Origin: Macrostomum lignano
Taxonomy: Eukaryota
Direction of reading: 5' to 3'
NCBI GenBank assembly: GCA_002269645.1
Contig: NIVC01000232.1
Span: 388,297 to 452,296 of the forward strand
DNA length: 64,000 bases
Made by a program: the position numbers and the translations under genes. Of the stretch, positions 61,173 to 64,000 are shown piece after piece. How positions within the stretch are numbered: the stretch's first letter is position 1; the number at the start of each line of letters is the position of its first letter. Below the pieces are notes generated by a model. It searched no databases. It had not been told where the DNA came from and saw nothing but the letters and a program-made list of their open reading frames with translations.

Positions 61173-63945
61173 TCAGGACTCTTCTTCAATGTCCGAGTCG
61201 TCATCGTTTCTCCTGCACTTCTGCACCAGAATATAGATGAACTCAAGCAGCTCAAATGTGCTCACGACGCTGATGCCGAGCCAGAGTCCCAGAGTTCCTC
61301 CAATCTGCGGGATATGGAGAAAGCATGCAGTACTCGAATTTTTGAGCAGATGTCAAATCAGCTGCTGCCCTGTTGCTAGGAAGAAACTGGGCAGAAGCTC
61401 AGTGCGGCCAAAGGAACCGTAGCGGGATGCCAGTGCGGCCAAAGGAACCGTAGCGGGATGCCAGTGCGGCCAAAGGAACCGTAGCGGGATGTCAGTGCGG
61501 CCAAAGGAACCGTAGCGGGATGCCAGTGCGGCCAAAGGAACCGTAGCGGGATGCCAGTGCGGCCAAAGGAACCGTAGCGGGATGTCAGTGCGGCCAAAGG
61601 AACCGTAGCGGGATGCCAGTGCGGCCAAAGGAACCGTAGCGGGATGTCAGTGCGGCCAAAGGAACCGTAGCGGGATGTCAGTGCGGCCAAAGGAACCGTA
61701 GCGGGATGCCAGTGCGGCCAAAGGAACCGTAGCGGGATGCCAGTGCGGCCAAAGGAACCGTAGGAACCGTAGCGGGATGTCAGTGCGGCCAAAGGAACCG
61801 TAGCGGGATGTCAGTGCGGCCAAAGGAACCGTAGCGGGATGTCAGTGCGGCCAAAAGAACCGTAGCGGGATGTCAGTGCGGCCAAAGGAACCGTAGCGGG
61901 ATGTCAGTGCGGCCAAAGGAACCGTAGCGGGATGCCAGTGCGGCCAAAGGAACCGTAGCGGGATGTCAGTGCGGCCAAAGGAACCTTAGCGGGATGCCAG
62001 TGCGGCCAAAGGAACCTTAGCGGGATGCCAGTGCGGCCAAAGGAACCGTAGCGGGATGCCAGTGCGGCCAAAGGAACCGTAGGAACCGTAGCGGGATGTC
62101 AGTGCGGCCAAAGGAACCGTAGCGGGATGTCAGTGCGGCCAAAGGAACCGTAGCGGGATGTCAGTGCGGCCAAAGGAACCGTAGCGGGATGTCAGTGCGG
62201 CCAAAGGAACCGTAGCGGGATGTCAGTGCGGCCAAAGGAACCGTAGCGGGATGTCAGTGCGGGATGTCTGAAATGCGGGAATATTGCAACCGGAAAGCAG
62301 CTCTTACCTCCGACAGGGCCTCGGTCCAGTGGTACTTGTACATCTCTTCGTAAGCATCCGCCGCAGGACTCTGCAAGCTGATACGGACTGCTGCCAGCTC
62401 TTTGGCCAGTTCGCTGCGAGGAATACAAGACGCTGCAGATTCAACGATTTTTCTTCTATAGTCTTCAAGCGAGCTTAGGTCAGTAACATTAAATTTTCCT
62501 AAAACATTGAAATTGCAACCTTCGTACCCTCGAGCTAGCATATACAGCTGAATTTCCTGCCTGGTTTCGGTGCTGTTCCGAAAAATGTGATGCACTTTGC
62601 CATCCTCGGCAGGAACTCGACTCCATGTCTGACTTGCGGCACCATCAGGTTCTCCCAGATCTCTTGAATGGCGCTGAACGGGGGCCAACTGCGGCTCTGC
62701 TGCCAAGGCCGTTGCTGGGTGAAGTGGCACCACATCCGGTGCTGGAACTGCTTCGCTAGCTCTTGGCTTTTCCTCTGTTGCGTGCTGAAACCAGTGATCA
62801 TGGCAGTCAATTCTCTTCAGCACAGCATCCGATGGGGTGATCCACTCCTGCGGTGGAGCGAAGTAGCACAGGTCGCTCGTATTCACCGAGAACGGGAGCA
62901 GGTGTGAATAGCAGCCGCAGTTGCTGTGCAGGATGCTCTGCTGTGCCTCGACTACGAAATCGGAGATGGACTTTGAGTAGGCCTTGGTGACCACGTTCAG
63001 CGAGGCGTTGGAGAAGTGCCTGACATAGTTGATGGTTTCGATAGGAGGCTCGGAGCATCTGCGGCTCGGCTTCGACATGAGTCGGTTGTGGATCGGCCTG
63101 AGTTTGATGGAGGTGCTGCTGGCTGAGGCCACGTCCACGAACTCGGTCTCTGCGGTTTGGCATGGGCTGTGAGACTTTTTTAGCATGCGTTGTGAGACTG
63201 TTTTAACATGGGTTGTAAGACTTTTTTAGCATGGCTGTGAGACTTTCGTGGAATGAAGCACTTTCAACTAAAAGATAAAACTTATTTAAAAGTTTATCTA
63301 AATATAAGAAAAAAGATCATTGACACTAAATTAAGCAACTAATTTATTAAGTTTTGGGCTACTTTTTGCTGCAAAAATCAAATTCGCGGTAGCGAAGCAA
63401 AATTACGCACGGCTCATCGGGAAGCTTTTCTCCCTCGTGAATGAAAATGCGCAATCCAGCGGACTGCAGCTCGTCGCTCTGCAGCAGTCGGTTGATGGCT
63501 TTGCTGCGTGAGAACTTGCGAAACATGCAGCCGTCGCGCAGTGCTTCATTTCGCCAATTTCCATGCCAGTCGGGAAACTTATCGTTGCCATCGGTGAAGA
63601 GCACCATGTCCAGCTCGGCTCCCCTGCCCCAGGACGCTGGACGACTGCCGTGGGTCCGGGTGGAACGTGTAGCAGTTCCAGAACCGGCTGGTCTGGACAA
63701 GCGAGAAGTTTCTGTGACTGCACGGCTCGCTGTTGTAGCGGCAGCTCAGCAGCATGGTCTCGTCGAGCTGGGAGATGTCTCTGGTGTCGCCCGACACCCA
63801 CATCACGTCCAGGACCTTTTTGCACACCTTTCTCAAGTCGGCTATCATAGCTTTCACCGATTCTTGCGGGCGCCTCTGGGTGTCCTCCTTGAACCAGTTG
63901 ACGAAGTTGCGCCCAGAAGTTTTCAAAGTAGTCAAACACCTCAAA
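61173..63945 (-). CDS. DEG/ENaC-family cation channel, 3' portion (extracellular domain and TM2), with apparent frameshifts; gene begins beyond the window end
   Basis: Motifs MLLSCRYNSEPCSHRNF..NCYTF, GLRIFIHE, SSTSIKLRP, NCGCYSHLLP, ELAAVRISL..YKYHWTEALSE|IGGTLGLWLGISVVSTFELLE. Last exon 61304-61173, donor at 62307, probable 72-nt intron 62456-62527, intron near 63150-63410. A frame change is needed near 63620 and probably elsewhere. Confidence 0.85.
61398..62265. repeat. 31-bp minisatellite filling the last DEG/ENaC intron
   Basis: Unit gtgcggccaaaggaaccgtagcgggatg(t/c)ca. Confidence 0.97.
63160..63245. repeat. Short degenerate array of about 22 bp (ttttagcatggctgtgagact, about 4 units) in a DEG/ENaC intron
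   Basis: Direct reading. Confidence 0.65.
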
Positions 63946-64000
63946 CTTAAACCTAAACTTAAAAGTGGGATTCATAGAAATCTTTTAAAGACAGCAAAGA

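Noticed and set aside
155-62265. CRISPR arrays
   Set aside because: The units are contiguous with no unique spacers, there are no cas genes, and the context is a spliced eukaryotic genome.

Overview
Eukaryotic (metazoan, probably spiralian or flatworm-like; Macrostomum is a guess) genomic DNA with GT-AG spliced genes. Minus strand: two candidate first exons of a TBC1D30-like gene, a complete 3-exon effector caspase, two near-identical tandem copies (11.08 kb each) of a 3-exon SLC35A nucleotide-sugar transporter, and the 3' part of a DEG/ENaC channel with apparent frameshifts. Plus strand: a voltage-gated Ca channel beta subunit (7 exons seen, start exon not found). Mobile DNA: two hAT-type MITE families, a mariner relic, a tRNA-headed SINE-like element and an internally deleted Ty3/Gypsy element. 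The dominant unusual feature is that essentially every intron longer than about 200 nt is a short unique core inflated by its own minisatellite array. Some arrays are shared between neighbouring loci, one is an amplified SINE/tRNA 5' end, and two carry a U1-like CTTACCTG complementary to their host intron's donor. Most long ORFs in the track are translations of these arrays, not genes. Exon boundaries were read by hand; repeat boundaries are approximate (about +/-20 nt).
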